Positions 39,425 to 49,067 of a stretch of DNA of 64,000 nucleotides are shown here, piece after piece (within the stretch, counting starts at the first letter, position 1; every line of letters begins with the position of its first letter). The stretch is from a virus. The position numbers and the translations under genes are program-made. The stretch is from IMG/VR virus record IMGVR_UViG_3300019764_000005, positions 1-64,000 of that record. The stretch is one strand, 5' to 3'. Under the pieces are notes generated by a model, which saw nothing but the letters and a program-made list of their open reading frames with translations, was not told where the DNA came from and did not search any database.

Positions 39425-40006
39425 TTAAAGTTTCTTAATTGCAAGCATTACTAATTCATCTGAATTTTTCGGTTCTTCTGATTTTAATATTTCATCAACA
39501 ATTGGCACGATATCTTCAAGTAGAAATCCGAGCTGCACCAATGCATTCATGGCTACAGCTTTCATTTCACCAGTATGATTAATATTAGGTACGTCTGATA
39601 AATCATCTTCTCCAACCTTCTTTGCAAGCTCCACAACAATACGCTTGGCAGTCTTGGCACCTATGCCTTTGATTTTTACGAAAGATTTATCGTCACCAGA
39701 AGAGATGGCAATCTTGACCTCATTCGTAGTCATTCCGGAGAGTATCGTCATGCCAGTATTGGCACCTATACCTGATACCGATATTAACAACCTGAAAACA
39801 CTCCTGCTTTCCTTACCGTAGAATCCGTATAATTTATGAGAGTCTTCCTTTATCACTTCATGTAGATAAAGCTTGGCAGCTTTAAAAGTAGATAGAAACT
39901 CGGAGGTGTCATTTGAGATGTTTACCAGGTATCCTAATCCACCTGTTTCTACTATCACTGAATCTGGCTGTAGGTCCACCAGTTCGCCTTTGATGTATTC
40001 TAACAT
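39425..40006 (-). CDS. ruvA: Holliday junction branch-migration protein RuvA
   Basis: MLEYIKGEL, GLGYLV, EDSHKLYGF, LISVSGIGA, IKGIGAKTAKRIVVEL and AL.QLGF motifs. Confidence 0.95.
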   Translation of the reverse strand: MLEYIKGELVDLQPDSVIVETGGLGYLVNISNDTSEFLSTFKAAKLYLHEVIKEDSHKLYGFYGKESRSVFRLLISVSGIGANTGMTILSGMTTNEVKIAISSGDDKSFVKIKGIGAKTAKRIVVELAKKVGEDDLSDVPNINHTGEMKAVAMNALVQLGFLLEDIVPIVDEILKSEEPKNSDELVMLAIKKL

Positions 40007-40016
40007 AGCTTAAGTA

Positions 40017-40358
40017 TTAATCGATTTTTAATATCTTCTTCCATAATGGCTTATTTAGCTCAGCTTTAAGTCTGCTTATCTCAGCAGTCAAGATATCAGT
40101 CTCTTTAATAAACTCAGTCTCAACTTCGCTGTAAACACACTTCTTTATATCATTAAGGATATTTTTCTTTCCAACTATCCTAATGTCAGACACTACATCA
40201 ACAGATCCGTAGCCGACAACATGAACATGATTCCTGACAGATCCATCTATCACAAGGAATTTGCCGTTGTCAATTAAATTCTCAACAGCTCTTAGCTTTA
40301 CGTTTTCATTCTCTAGCTTTTGCAGTTTGTCTCTGTCAATTAAAACTTGATCTTTCAT
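40017..40358 (-). CDS. hypothetical protein
   Basis: 113 aa ORF; promoter at 40381-40419. Confidence 0.55.
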   Translation of the reverse strand: MKDQVLIDRDKLQKLENENVKLRAVENLIDNGKFLVIDGSVRNHVHVVGYGSVDVVSDIRIVGKKNILNDIKKCVYSEVETEFIKETDILTAEISRLKAELNKPLWKKILKID

Positions 40359-40418
40359 GTGCTTAAAGTATTTATTTACAACAAATTTACTACACCATTA
40401 ACTTAGAATCAATATAAA

Positions 40419-40823
40419 CTATACCAAGTTCTTCTTCATCCATGGATGGTCATTTTCACAAAACCTATAACCTCGCCTTTCGTACCACTTCTGGACCCAG
40501 CCATCAACAGCCCATAGCGTTGATCTTTTTGCACCTAAAGCAATGCCCATGGCTTCCCGAAGCTCTTGAAGCATCAATCCATAGCCTTTACGCCTGAAAG
40601 CCTTGGACACATCCAAAGAATCAAGTATCACCTCTTCGTCATCATTGTGATACCATGATATTCGACACATACAAACACCGTAGCGATGCATAATAGTAAT
40701 AGTGTCATATTCATGATTTGTTGTGTAGTAGGCAATAAAACTATCTGGAACGAGATTCAATGCTTTATTTATGTTATCGCTAAGACTCATAGTGTTTCTT
40801 TGTTTTAAAAAAAAATAATTCAA
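40419..40823 (-). CDS. GNAT-family acetyltransferase
   Basis: LDVSKAFRRKGYG acetyl-CoA motif; WYERRGY. Confidence 0.8.
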   Translation of the reverse strand: MNYFFLKQRNTMSLSDNINKALNLVPDSFIAYYTTNHEYDTITIMHRYGVCMCRISWYHNDDEEVILDSLDVSKAFRRKGYGLMLQELREAMGIALGAKRSTLWAVDGWVQKWYERRGYRFCENDHPWMKKNLV

Positions 40824-40828
40824 ATAAA

Positions 40829-41209
40829 TTACAATTCTGATCCTGGAATGTATTTAACTCCACACATCCTATAAGCACTTCGCATCGTAATCCCGAACCT
40901 TCCTGCCACAGCAGATGCATTATTAAAATCGAAAACAAGAAGGTCTGCGAACAACCATTGAATATCTACACAGTCGATATCGAACCAACCACCGTAGGTA
41001 CGGTAATGATTCATATTAACTAGCGTATCGGAAATGTACTTTTTGCATTTAGGTATGCCAGGCGACTTAAACACCACTTCTAATTCACAACCGGTCTCCA
41101 ACTGCATTAAATCCAATTGGTCCTCATACTTATCAACGTCAAGCGCAAACACTCCTGTGAGTTTAGCACGCTCATTCCACAATACAAATACTCCTTTCAT
41201 TCTATTCAT
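40829..41209 (-). CDS. degenerate GIY-YIG/T5orf172-like protein
   Basis: MQLETGCELEVV and RTYGGWFD resemble the T5orf172 pattern. Confidence 0.45.
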   Translation of the reverse strand: MNRMKGVFVLWNERAKLTGVFALDVDKYEDQLDLMQLETGCELEVVFKSPGIPKCKKYISDTLVNMNHYRTYGGWFDIDCVDIQWLFADLLVFDFNNASAVAGRFGITMRSAYRMCGVKYIPGSEL

Positions 41210-41226
41210 AATTATCCTCCTTTTAA

Positions 41227-41568
41227 TTATAACGTTACTTTACCATCCAAAATATGCGTAATCTTATCAAGAACAACCTTGTCGTATTTAGATAGATCAT
41301 CACTACACAGTAGCGCAGAAATACATTCACGTACTTCTATGTATTCATTTTCGCTCATTACGTGCGCAGCAATACGATACATATGCATATCTGGCATATT
41401 AGTTGGCATACTGTGGATTGGGATCTCAGGCATATTAAGCACCGTTTCTCCAAAATCAAAACCTAGCTTCCTATCTATTCCCGTTTGATCTACACAATAT
41501 TTTAGAACCGAAGGCTTTATTCCAGATGGATCAATCTCGCTCAAACAAGTACTCTGCACTCTTTTCAT
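41227..41568 (-). CDS. hypothetical protein
   Basis: 113 aa; promoter TTG-N20-TATATTTG at 41616-41654. Confidence 0.55.
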   Translation of the reverse strand: MKRVQSTCLSEIDPSGIKPSVLKYCVDQTGIDRKLGFDFGETVLNMPEIPIHSMPTNMPDMHMYRIAAHVMSENEYIEVRECISALLCSDDLSKYDKVVLDKITHILDGKVTL

Positions 41569-43420
41569 ATCTATTCATCCTTTTAATGATAATTTACTTT
41601 TAAAATGATAACGTCACAAATATACGGCACCAATAGATTAGATCCAATATAAATAGTAGTACACTTATCAATAATCGAAAATAACACTCTTTTATCCCAC
41701 CTCGGGGAACTTTTAATTCAACCCCCATGAATACTCAATTCCTATTCTGAGGATTTCACGCTGAATTAAACAATAATCAGGATTAAATGGAGAAATGGAG
41801 AGAATAGACCACTTTTAAGGTGGAAAATGGACTTGGAAAGAGTGAAGAAGGAAGTGTTAGGGAATGGGAAAAATGAAATTTTGAATAGGCTGAGAGTACC
41901 CTAATGCGTTTCCCAGCCCTCTCTTCCACTTCCGAAAGTACCCCCACCCCTTTCCTATCCATCCGCTTTTCCGTTTCATTTCTATACTTTTTTACCTTTT
42001 TTCATGGGGTATTGGTGGCGATGGACTACTTACTATCCACCAACTCTGCACATATTACCTAATCTGATTGACTGCCTTATTCGCGCGGAAATGATACTCT
42101 ATCTCGATATTATGTGTAGATATCTAATACTTTTACAAATGGTCTGTATTTTTTTCACTACTCACCCAAATACTATTGTCTACTTGGTACAATATTGTGT
42201 GTTATGCGAGTTTGTGGTGAGAAATTTAGGGAAATTATGGGAGCTACTCTGCTTAAGGGGATACTGATTAGGGGAATTCCTCCCTTCCCACAGTCTTTTC
42301 CTTCTCATCCTTATTAAATCGTGACATATCCCGTCCTCCCTCGTTATCCCGTCATCCCTCCCCTTATCCTTATTTTATTATGGTCTTTCGTTGTCTTGTG
42401 TCTTCGTTCCTGTTGTGTCGTGGTGCTTTCGTGTTGTACTGGTATGTTGCCCTGGGTTTGTGTTATACTCTTTAGTGTTATTCTTTGTATTGTATTGTCT
42501 TTACTCTCTATTAGTGGATGACTACTTGCTTAACTGTTTGGAGTATTTGAATTGATGGTCATTCTTGTTCTATTATATTATAGTGTTATTTGTTTGTTCT
42601 CTTATACTTGTGTGATAATTTACAAATTGTGTGATATCTCTGTACGCCCTATTGTTACTGGGATACTCAAATTAATTGTCAATTATTTTTAAATTATTTT
42701 CACATAGCAATTTGTTTTTGTGTTTTACGGCTGTTTTTAGTCTGTCTATTTATCATTTTGTAGCTCATTCTACATGTAACTATTTATTAATGTGTTGTTT
42801 GTATTTCTTATCTAGATCATGTAAATATGACGTTCGTACGTGTCAACTGTGTAATTATTGTTTAGTACCTTTTTGTTACTATCATTAATTATCAATGATT
42901 TAAGTAATTTTGCGTATTAAATCTTTTCGTCGCACCTTAGCAACACAGAACAACGAAACACCCCACAAAGGGATTTTTACACTTCTGTATCGTTCTTTAT
43001 TTCTTGTCTGTTTACATTTCATCCGAAAGGAATTATATTTATTCATAGTGTTCTAAATATCATTTACCGCGGATTTAATCAGGATAATTAATATCGTACG
43101 TTCTTTGACATATAGAAAAGGGGTTTTTTGCAATGAAGGCATTGTTTTAAATCGGTATCGAGTCTATAATGGACTTAAAACAAAACTCTCACACCCTATG
43201 AAATAACAATTAAGTTGATTACTCTGGTAGGGGGTAAATGAATTAAGGTTAGACCTTACAGGAATTCTAAGAACCAAAAGAACGGTCATGGGTGTAAAAT
43301 GATTTACGCCCTAACTTTAATTACATGGCTTGAAAGGCTTTGCGTCTACTATCTACTGTTTATGCAATGTGATCTTTATACAGTTTGTTACTGTCAAGCC
43401 TACTATATTATTTTGGTATT

Positions 43421-43437
43421 GCTCTTTAGAAAAGAGC
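43421..43437 (+). promoter_or_regulatory. boxA-like hairpin GCTCTTT-N3-AAAGAGC, copy 1 of 5
   Basis: Other copies at 44447, 52128, 55625 and 57746. Confidence 0.6.
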
Positions 43438-43646
43438 GCAAAACTTTATTATCATGATTACAAAATATGATTTAATATCTATTCTTGTAAAAGAATACGA
43501 AAAGGATATGCAGCACGATATTAGAATCATGTTGTCAAGAGAAAAAGATTCTTTCTTTGAGTCTCAACTGCCTGTTAAGGCTATAAGAAAAGGATATTTC
43601 GTAATTGCTTAATTAAATTTAATTCTAATCAAATAAATCCAATATC

Positions 43647-44093
43647 ATGAAAACTACTGTAAATTTTGAACTATCACAAGAAGACAAAAAAGGTTTAAGA
43701 ACTATCCAAGCTGTTTCATATGAATATGACGGTAAAGCAGAATTAAACATTGGCAAAGTAGCGCAAAGCGTGACTAATTCAGTGTTTAGAAAGCTTGCTA
43801 TCCAAAATAGCAGTTCTGTAAACTTTGGTATCAAAGTCTCAAGACCTTTCAATTTGGTTGTTACTATTAATAACGAAAAGGTGCTTGATATTGCGCAATG
43901 CATGAATCAAGTGACTGATAACTCAAAGCTGAAAATTAAAAACAAGCTTTACAAGGAAAATGCAGGCGCTGCAATGGAAGCCTTTAAAAACGACATTATT
44001 ATGGTTATAGGTGAATCTGAAATGTCAGACAATGATTACAAAGACTGTATTGAAATTGCCAAGCCTAAGAAATCAAAAACTGAAACTAAATAA
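43647..44093 (+). CDS. early hypothetical protein
   Basis: 148 aa; first sizeable rightward ORF. Confidence 0.65.
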   Translation: MKTTVNFELSQEDKKGLRTIQAVSYEYDGKAELNIGKVAQSVTNSVFRKLAIQNSSSVNFGIKVSRPFNLVVTINNEKVLDIAQCMNQVTDNSKLKIKNKLYKENAGAAMEAFKNDIIMVIGESEMSDNDYKDCIEIAKPKKSKTETK

Positions 44094-44122
44094 TTCCTTT
44101 TTCTCTTACTTACATACTCATT

Positions 44123-44150
44123 AAGCTACTGTCATACGATAGTAGCTTTT
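44123..44150 (+). terminator. terminator-like hairpin directly before the tRNA-like gene
   Basis: AAGCTACT...AGTAGCTTTT. Confidence 0.55.
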
Positions 44151-44151
44151 C

Positions 44152-44226
44152 GGCTTAGTAGCTCAGTTGGTAGAGCGCAAAGATTAAATTGTCTTTGGGT
44201 CGCGGGTTCGAGTCCCGCTTAAGCCA
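44152..44226 (+). tRNA. tRNA-like gene with an enlarged anticodon loop (undetermined specificity)
   Basis: GGCTTAG/TTAAGCC acceptor, GCTC/GAGC D-arm, GCGGG-TTCGAGT-CCCGC T-arm; anticodon arm CAAAGA-TTAAATTG-TCTTTG. Confidence 0.75.
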
Positions 44227-44254
44227 CAAAATTATTCACTAAAATTTATATAAA

Positions 44255-44437
44255 ATGAATTCTGAAACTTTAAACCGTATTATTAATGCATTCATTGTAA
44301 TCGGTCTCGTGCTTATTCTTGCCAGTGCTATATGTTTTTCTCAAGGGTTCCTTATGGGATTTAGAAACTGGCTTGCTCCTCTGGGTATTATTGCATGGTT
44401 TATACCTGCTCCTTTCTTTATTTTCTTTGATAAATAA
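44255..44437 (+). CDS. small two-TM membrane protein
   Basis: 60 aa, hydrophobic. Confidence 0.55.
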   Translation: MNSETLNRIINAFIVIGLVLILASAICFSQGFLMGFRNWLAPLGIIAWFIPAPFFIFFDK

Positions 44438-44825
44438 TATTGTAACGCTCTTTTAAAAAGAGCACAAATGAAACTATGTTAAAAATCTACTCCTATATTA
44501 ATAAATACGGGGAAAAGAAATACTATTTCACGTATGATAATAAGCGTTGGACGTACACATGAATCTGCTGCTATTTGGGCAGCAAAGCAACTGGAAAAAT
44601 GATCTGCACCATGTGCGGAAACAAAAGATAATTTTCAATAACTAAAACTTAAAATCAAATGTTTACTCTTGTAGATGACTTAGGAAAAGAAATGTATGCA
44701 CATAAAGTGTATGAGAATGTTTTATCTCACATAGCAGAGAAGTTTGGAACCGAATGCGCGGATGCTGCCAGGATTGTAGGCGAGTTCATGCATGATGGGA
44801 TTTATTACTTCATAAACTAAGAATC

Positions 44826-45089
44826 ATGGAAGTTACATATGCAATTCAATGTACTTGCGGTGCAGTCACCGTAGACTTTGACAAGGAAAATTATTCAATG
44901 ACAGAGCAGGAATTTAAAGACAACTTTCCTGACACTAAACTTGAAGAAGCAAAATATCAAGCGTGTAACCACTGCACTAATAATTGGGGCATCTCCCTTT
45001 GTTATTGCGGTAGCGGTGAGCATGTAAACACATGTAAGTGCGGGTGCAATAAGCCTGCCCAAGTTATTAGCTGTTATCAACACCCATAG
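44826..45089 (+). CDS. Cys-rich small protein (SEC-C-like)
   Basis: CTCG, CNHC, CYCGSG and CKCGC motifs. Confidence 0.6.
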   Translation: MEVTYAIQCTCGAVTVDFDKENYSMTEQEFKDNFPDTKLEEAKYQACNHCTNNWGISLCYCGSGEHVNTCKCGCNKPAQVISCYQHP

Positions 45090-45290
45090 TCATGAAACAG
45101 GAATCATATTATCAAGATTACATAGTTCAAAACGGAACTATTGAAGGATTCCCTACCTACATTACTATATCCGCCTATGAACAAAGAGAAGCCGCTAAAC
45201 ATGGCTTATATCTCAGTGATTTGGTAAGCGAAGCCAAGCGCAATAATAAAGATTGGCAATCAGATTGTTAGATTTTAAAAACTCAAACCA

Positions 45291-46211
45291 ATGACAACCA
45301 AAAATAATACCTCGAATAATTTAATCTATAAGGATTCAGTCACAATTGGAAAAGAAAGGACTACCGTTAAAATTCGATTAAACGATGAATGCAAAACCGG
45401 ACATCAAGATTTTGCAATCGTCTGCGATATATATGAGCATGGGCGAAACGTTGGCGGCGGTGCTGCTCATGACCACATAAGTAAAGTATTCAACGGTAAG
45501 TATGATGATTTCATAAGACTGCATTTGTGTGACTATGCAGGTATTCCAACATATGCTGTCGAGAATGGCTTCTATCATCTGAAAGAAGGCGGCGAGCCTA
45601 TGAGTAAAGATAAGTTTTGCGCCTACTATAGAGTCTCTTCAAGTAATTACGATATCCTAATCAAGAGTGAGCACAAGTTAGAGTTTGCCTTGCTGCTTGA
45701 ATCGTTAGGTATTTTAAAAGATTGGAAAAATGAAGCTGACGCTGCAATAAAGAGGCTCGAAGGTCTGACTGGATTAATCTTCCTTAATGACTCAAAGAAA
45801 AGTCAATACAATGCTCCTGAAATTGATTTGGTAAGAGATTTTGAATCTAAAGTTGCTGCCGGATATTATGACGACGACAAAAAGAAAGCGCGATCAATAC
45901 AAACCAAGGCAGACAATAAGGCTAAAAAAATAGCTGACTTGAAAGCATATGCTGCCCGTAAAATCGATAAGATTAAAACAGAATTAGCCATAGATCTGTT
46001 TATCGTTAAAAAGCTAGGTGTTGATTTTAATAATCATATTTATTACAATCACAAAAACACTCTCACTTTTAACTGGAAAGACTACGATAAAAACCTAACT
46101 GAAAAAGAATTCGATAAGTTTTGCGAGTCTATTACTGAGAATCAATTCAACTCTCTACCTGAAGGGATTGAGTTTGAATTAAAGGGTGTTAAGATATATA
46201 CTAAAAATTAA
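45291..46211 (+). CDS. conserved early hypothetical protein
   Basis: 306 aa ORF. Confidence 0.7.
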   Translation: MTTKNNTSNNLIYKDSVTIGKERTTVKIRLNDECKTGHQDFAIVCDIYEHGRNVGGGAAHDHISKVFNGKYDDFIRLHLCDYAGIPTYAVENGFYHLKEGGEPMSKDKFCAYYRVSSSNYDILIKSEHKLEFALLLESLGILKDWKNEADAAIKRLEGLTGLIFLNDSKKSQYNAPEIDLVRDFESKVAAGYYDDDKKKARSIQTKADNKAKKIADLKAYAARKIDKIKTELAIDLFIVKKLGVDFNNHIYYNHKNTLTFNWKDYDKNLTEKEFDKFCESITENQFNSLPEGIEFELKGVKIYTKN

Positions 46212-46223
46212 AAAGAATATCAA

Positions 46224-46496
46224 ATGAAAAAGTTTCCGAAGGTGTCAAACATGAAAAGCAATCAGGGCAACAATGTGCCTTGTCAATTTATAATAACTAT
46301 CGGTGGTGATGTATTTTTCCAGAGTTACGAAACTGTAATAGCAGCCAAAGTAAAAGGAAAAACGTATCTCGATAAAAGCAAATGGGATTATTCAGCAACA
46401 ACTGCAAAGTATCGCAACCAATTTCTTGGAATGACAACCAATGAGACTAAAGAAGCGATAGCTGATAAAACTATTAAGCTTAAAGACTTAAACTAA
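46224..46496 (+). CDS. conserved phage early protein
   Basis: FQSYETVIA..WDYSATTAKYRNQF motif common in phage early regions. Confidence 0.7.
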   Translation: MKKFPKVSNMKSNQGNNVPCQFIITIGGDVFFQSYETVIAAKVKGKTYLDKSKWDYSATTAKYRNQFLGMTTNETKEAIADKTIKLKDLN

Positions 46497-46553
46497 TCAT
46501 TCGTTGCCCATGGCTATCCGTGGGTAACTTCACTTATAAACTAATTAGAAATA

Positions 46554-46931
46554 ATGACTAAACAGGAAATATTAAAAGGAGAAGAATACATTGCTAAGCT
46601 GTTAGAAATAAAGTCTTGGTATGATGGAAGATACGGGCTGATGTATACTAGTCCTGTTGATAAGACTAGCTCATTTACAACAAAATTTCATGACTCATGG
46701 GATTGGCTGCATGTTGCTTTGGATAAAATTGAATCTATCTTGCCTGAGTGTACAGTTATTACTCTCTGGCATAACATGTGCCAAATTCCTGTTATCCCTG
46801 CAAGCTTTGAAATTGATTGCGAGGGTACGTCTAAAAAGATGGCAGCTTTTGAAGCTTGTGCTGACTTTGCCAAGTGGTATTTAGAAGAAGGTGGTAAAGA
46901 GATTTTAAATAATACTGTAACCGATGATTAA
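46554..46931 (+). CDS. hypothetical protein
   Basis: FHDSWDWL..ALDKIE motif, shared with the next gene. Confidence 0.65.
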   Translation: MTKQEILKGEEYIAKLLEIKSWYDGRYGLMYTSPVDKTSSFTTKFHDSWDWLHVALDKIESILPECTVITLWHNMCQIPVIPASFEIDCEGTSKKMAAFEACADFAKWYLEEGGKEILNNTVTDD

Positions 46932-47469
46932 CCGAAGAGCAATATTTGCAGCAAGTCCTTACCTGAGAGAAGGTGAGCTAAGCGTAGAGGATCAACTAAG
47001 ACTTATACTTGAGTTCGAAGGTGACGAAGGTACGCTAATCGATTTCGTTAGCCCTGACATACTGCTGGTTGAAGGCGTGGAGCTTCATTTAACCGTGAAA
47101 TTATTTAAGGAAATAATATCACTATCAGTTGTCCAGGTGAAAGCTCTTACAGAAGAGGAGCTTGCCGAGGGCGTTAAATTGATTAATGTCTTTATGGGCT
47201 TGGATGAATCCGAAGACATAAAATACTACTCTGATTGGAATTCAATAATGCCTGTCTTAATTAAGATAGCAAAAGTTCCAGATGAGTTTAAAATACTTGG
47301 GTGCTTTGGCATTCATATTTTCAGGCAAGAAGTATGGATAGATAGCCCGATCGGATTCAGAATCCATTCGTCTGAAGACTTTACAAGTACGCTTGAAAAA
47401 CCTTTGGAGGAAAAAGCTTTCGAAGGTGCAATCATATTTATCAAATGGTACAATAAAAACTTAAAATAA
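46924..47469 (+). CDS. hypothetical protein (C-terminal half paralogous to the preceding gene)
   Basis: YYSDWNSIMPVLIKI..FIKWYN. Confidence 0.65.
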   Translation: MINRRAIFAASPYLREGELSVEDQLRLILEFEGDEGTLIDFVSPDILLVEGVELHLTVKLFKEIISLSVVQVKALTEEELAEGVKLINVFMGLDESEDIKYYSDWNSIMPVLIKIAKVPDEFKILGCFGIHIFRQEVWIDSPIGFRIHSSEDFTSTLEKPLEEKAFEGAIIFIKWYNKNLK

Positions 47470-47480
47470 TATTCCGTATT

Positions 47481-48497
47481 ATGAAAGCAAAAGAACTTAA
47501 AGATATGCTCAATAGAGCTAAGAAAGCAATGTGTCAGAAGAAAGTAGCTCCAATCACTGAAAAGGTGATAATATTAGACGGTGCCATGCATACAGTAGCC
47601 CTGCAAAGTTTGAATATGGAAGTTTACTGCCTGAAAGATCCGATTTTTGATGGCATAAACGGTGGTGTTGATTTTAAAGACCTGCTGAAAATAGCTACGA
47701 AGCTTAAAAATTCAGACATCTCCATCGATCAGAACCTCGACAAGCTTAACATTAGGTCTTCGAAAGGTGTATTCAAGCTTACTATTTGTGAAGGCGATGT
47801 GAATAATATGCTGGACGTGCCAAGTGTTTACGAGACCATGTGTACTATTACGCAAGAAACTGCAGATATAATCCAAAAAGCTTTCCCGTTTGTTGGCGAC
47901 GACCCATTAAGACCTATCATGTCTCACGTCCTGCTTGATGCTGAAGGTTACGTTGTAGCTTCAGATGCACACAAAATGCTATTTGAAAAGTGTCAGTCGT
48001 TCCCAGAAGACATCTATGTTTCAACCAAATTGATCGACAAAGAGTTTTCATTATCGAAAAGTCATTGCGGTAAATGGCTGCAATTTCAATCCGGTCCTGA
48101 GACTATATTTCAACATGTGGGAGATGGCACGTATCCCGCATGGAGAAACGTCATTCCGAAGAATCTCAACATAGTTTTAAACACCGATCGGAAGGAGTTA
48201 ATTGAGAAACTTGATTTCTGTTTACTTTCTTGCAATCCTGCTTCTCAGATGGCAGTTCTCGACCTTGACACAAAGAATAGCGAAATCCATACAAGCGATA
48301 TAGATTTCGGTAAAGAGTTCTCTGCTGACATTGAAAATGCCAACGCAGAAATTAAAATAGGTGTCAAAATTCCATACTTGTCCGGGATAGCAAAATCAAT
48401 CTCATCTGATACGGTTAAGATTGAAATGATGGACCCTACTCGGGCTATGATTATCAATGAGCACATACTTTTAATGCCAATGATGGTAAGTGAGTAG
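47481..48497 (+). CDS. dnaN: DNA polymerase III beta sliding clamp
   Basis: DPLRPIMSHV, VASDAHKM, GTYPAWRNVIP and LLMPM motifs. Confidence 0.85.
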   Translation: MKAKELKDMLNRAKKAMCQKKVAPITEKVIILDGAMHTVALQSLNMEVYCLKDPIFDGINGGVDFKDLLKIATKLKNSDISIDQNLDKLNIRSSKGVFKLTICEGDVNNMLDVPSVYETMCTITQETADIIQKAFPFVGDDPLRPIMSHVLLDAEGYVVASDAHKMLFEKCQSFPEDIYVSTKLIDKEFSLSKSHCGKWLQFQSGPETIFQHVGDGTYPAWRNVIPKNLNIVLNTDRKELIEKLDFCLLSCNPASQMAVLDLDTKNSEIHTSDIDFGKEFSADIENANAEIKIGVKIPYLSGIAKSISSDTVKIEMMDPTRAMIINEHILLMPMMVSE

Positions 48498-48590
48498 TCT
48501 TATTCAAATTCATTCTAAATACATAAATTAGCAACTTTACAATTAATAAAACTTTATTCAATTAGTATTAATCAACACCGTTAATTTAAA

Positions 48591-49067
48591 ATGAGTGGAT
48601 ATAAAGAAGAGGTTGACGACGAAGTATGCCGATACTGCGAGGAAAACATTTTAGAATGCTCCTCAAACTCTATTCACTTTCAATGCGAAGGTTGCAAATG
48701 CGATGAAGCATTGGAAGATTACAACGAATCTAATAATTACGAACCAAAACAAATTCCAGAAAAAATGAACAACGAATTACAAAGTACAAAGATCGAATCA
48801 CCTGAGAAATTAGAACTGTTTGTTTTATGTCCAGGGCTTTCAAAAGAAGAAGTAACCGTTTCTTTCGACAAAAAAGAGGGTATCCTTGAGATTCAAGGCG
48901 TTCCAAACAAAAGCTCACTATCAGAAGCAGTTGAGCTTAACATTAAAGGGAAAGTCTCTATCTCTCCTAAATACCGGTCGGAAAATATTGATGCTACGGT
49001 AGAAGATGGTGTCCTTACAGTTGCTTTTGGTCTTGCAAAAGATGTGAACTTAGTAGATGTGAAGTAA
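48591..49067 (+). CDS. small heat-shock protein (Hsp20) with a Cys-rich N-terminal extension
   Basis: PGLSKEEVTV..LEIQG..IDATVEDGVLTV alpha-crystallin motifs. Confidence 0.75.
   Translation: MSGYKEEVDDEVCRYCEENILECSSNSIHFQCEGCKCDEALEDYNESNNYEPKQIPEKMNNELQSTKIESPEKLELFVLCPGLSKEEVTVSFDKKEGILEIQGVPNKSSLSEAVELNIKGKVSISPKYRSENIDATVEDGVLTVAFGLAKDVNLVDVK

Noticed and set aside
42004-42888. ORFs 42004-42267, 42321-42521 and 42676-42888
   Set aside because: Low-complexity Cys/Leu/Val-rich translations arising from T/G-rich non-coding DNA; they do not look like real proteins.
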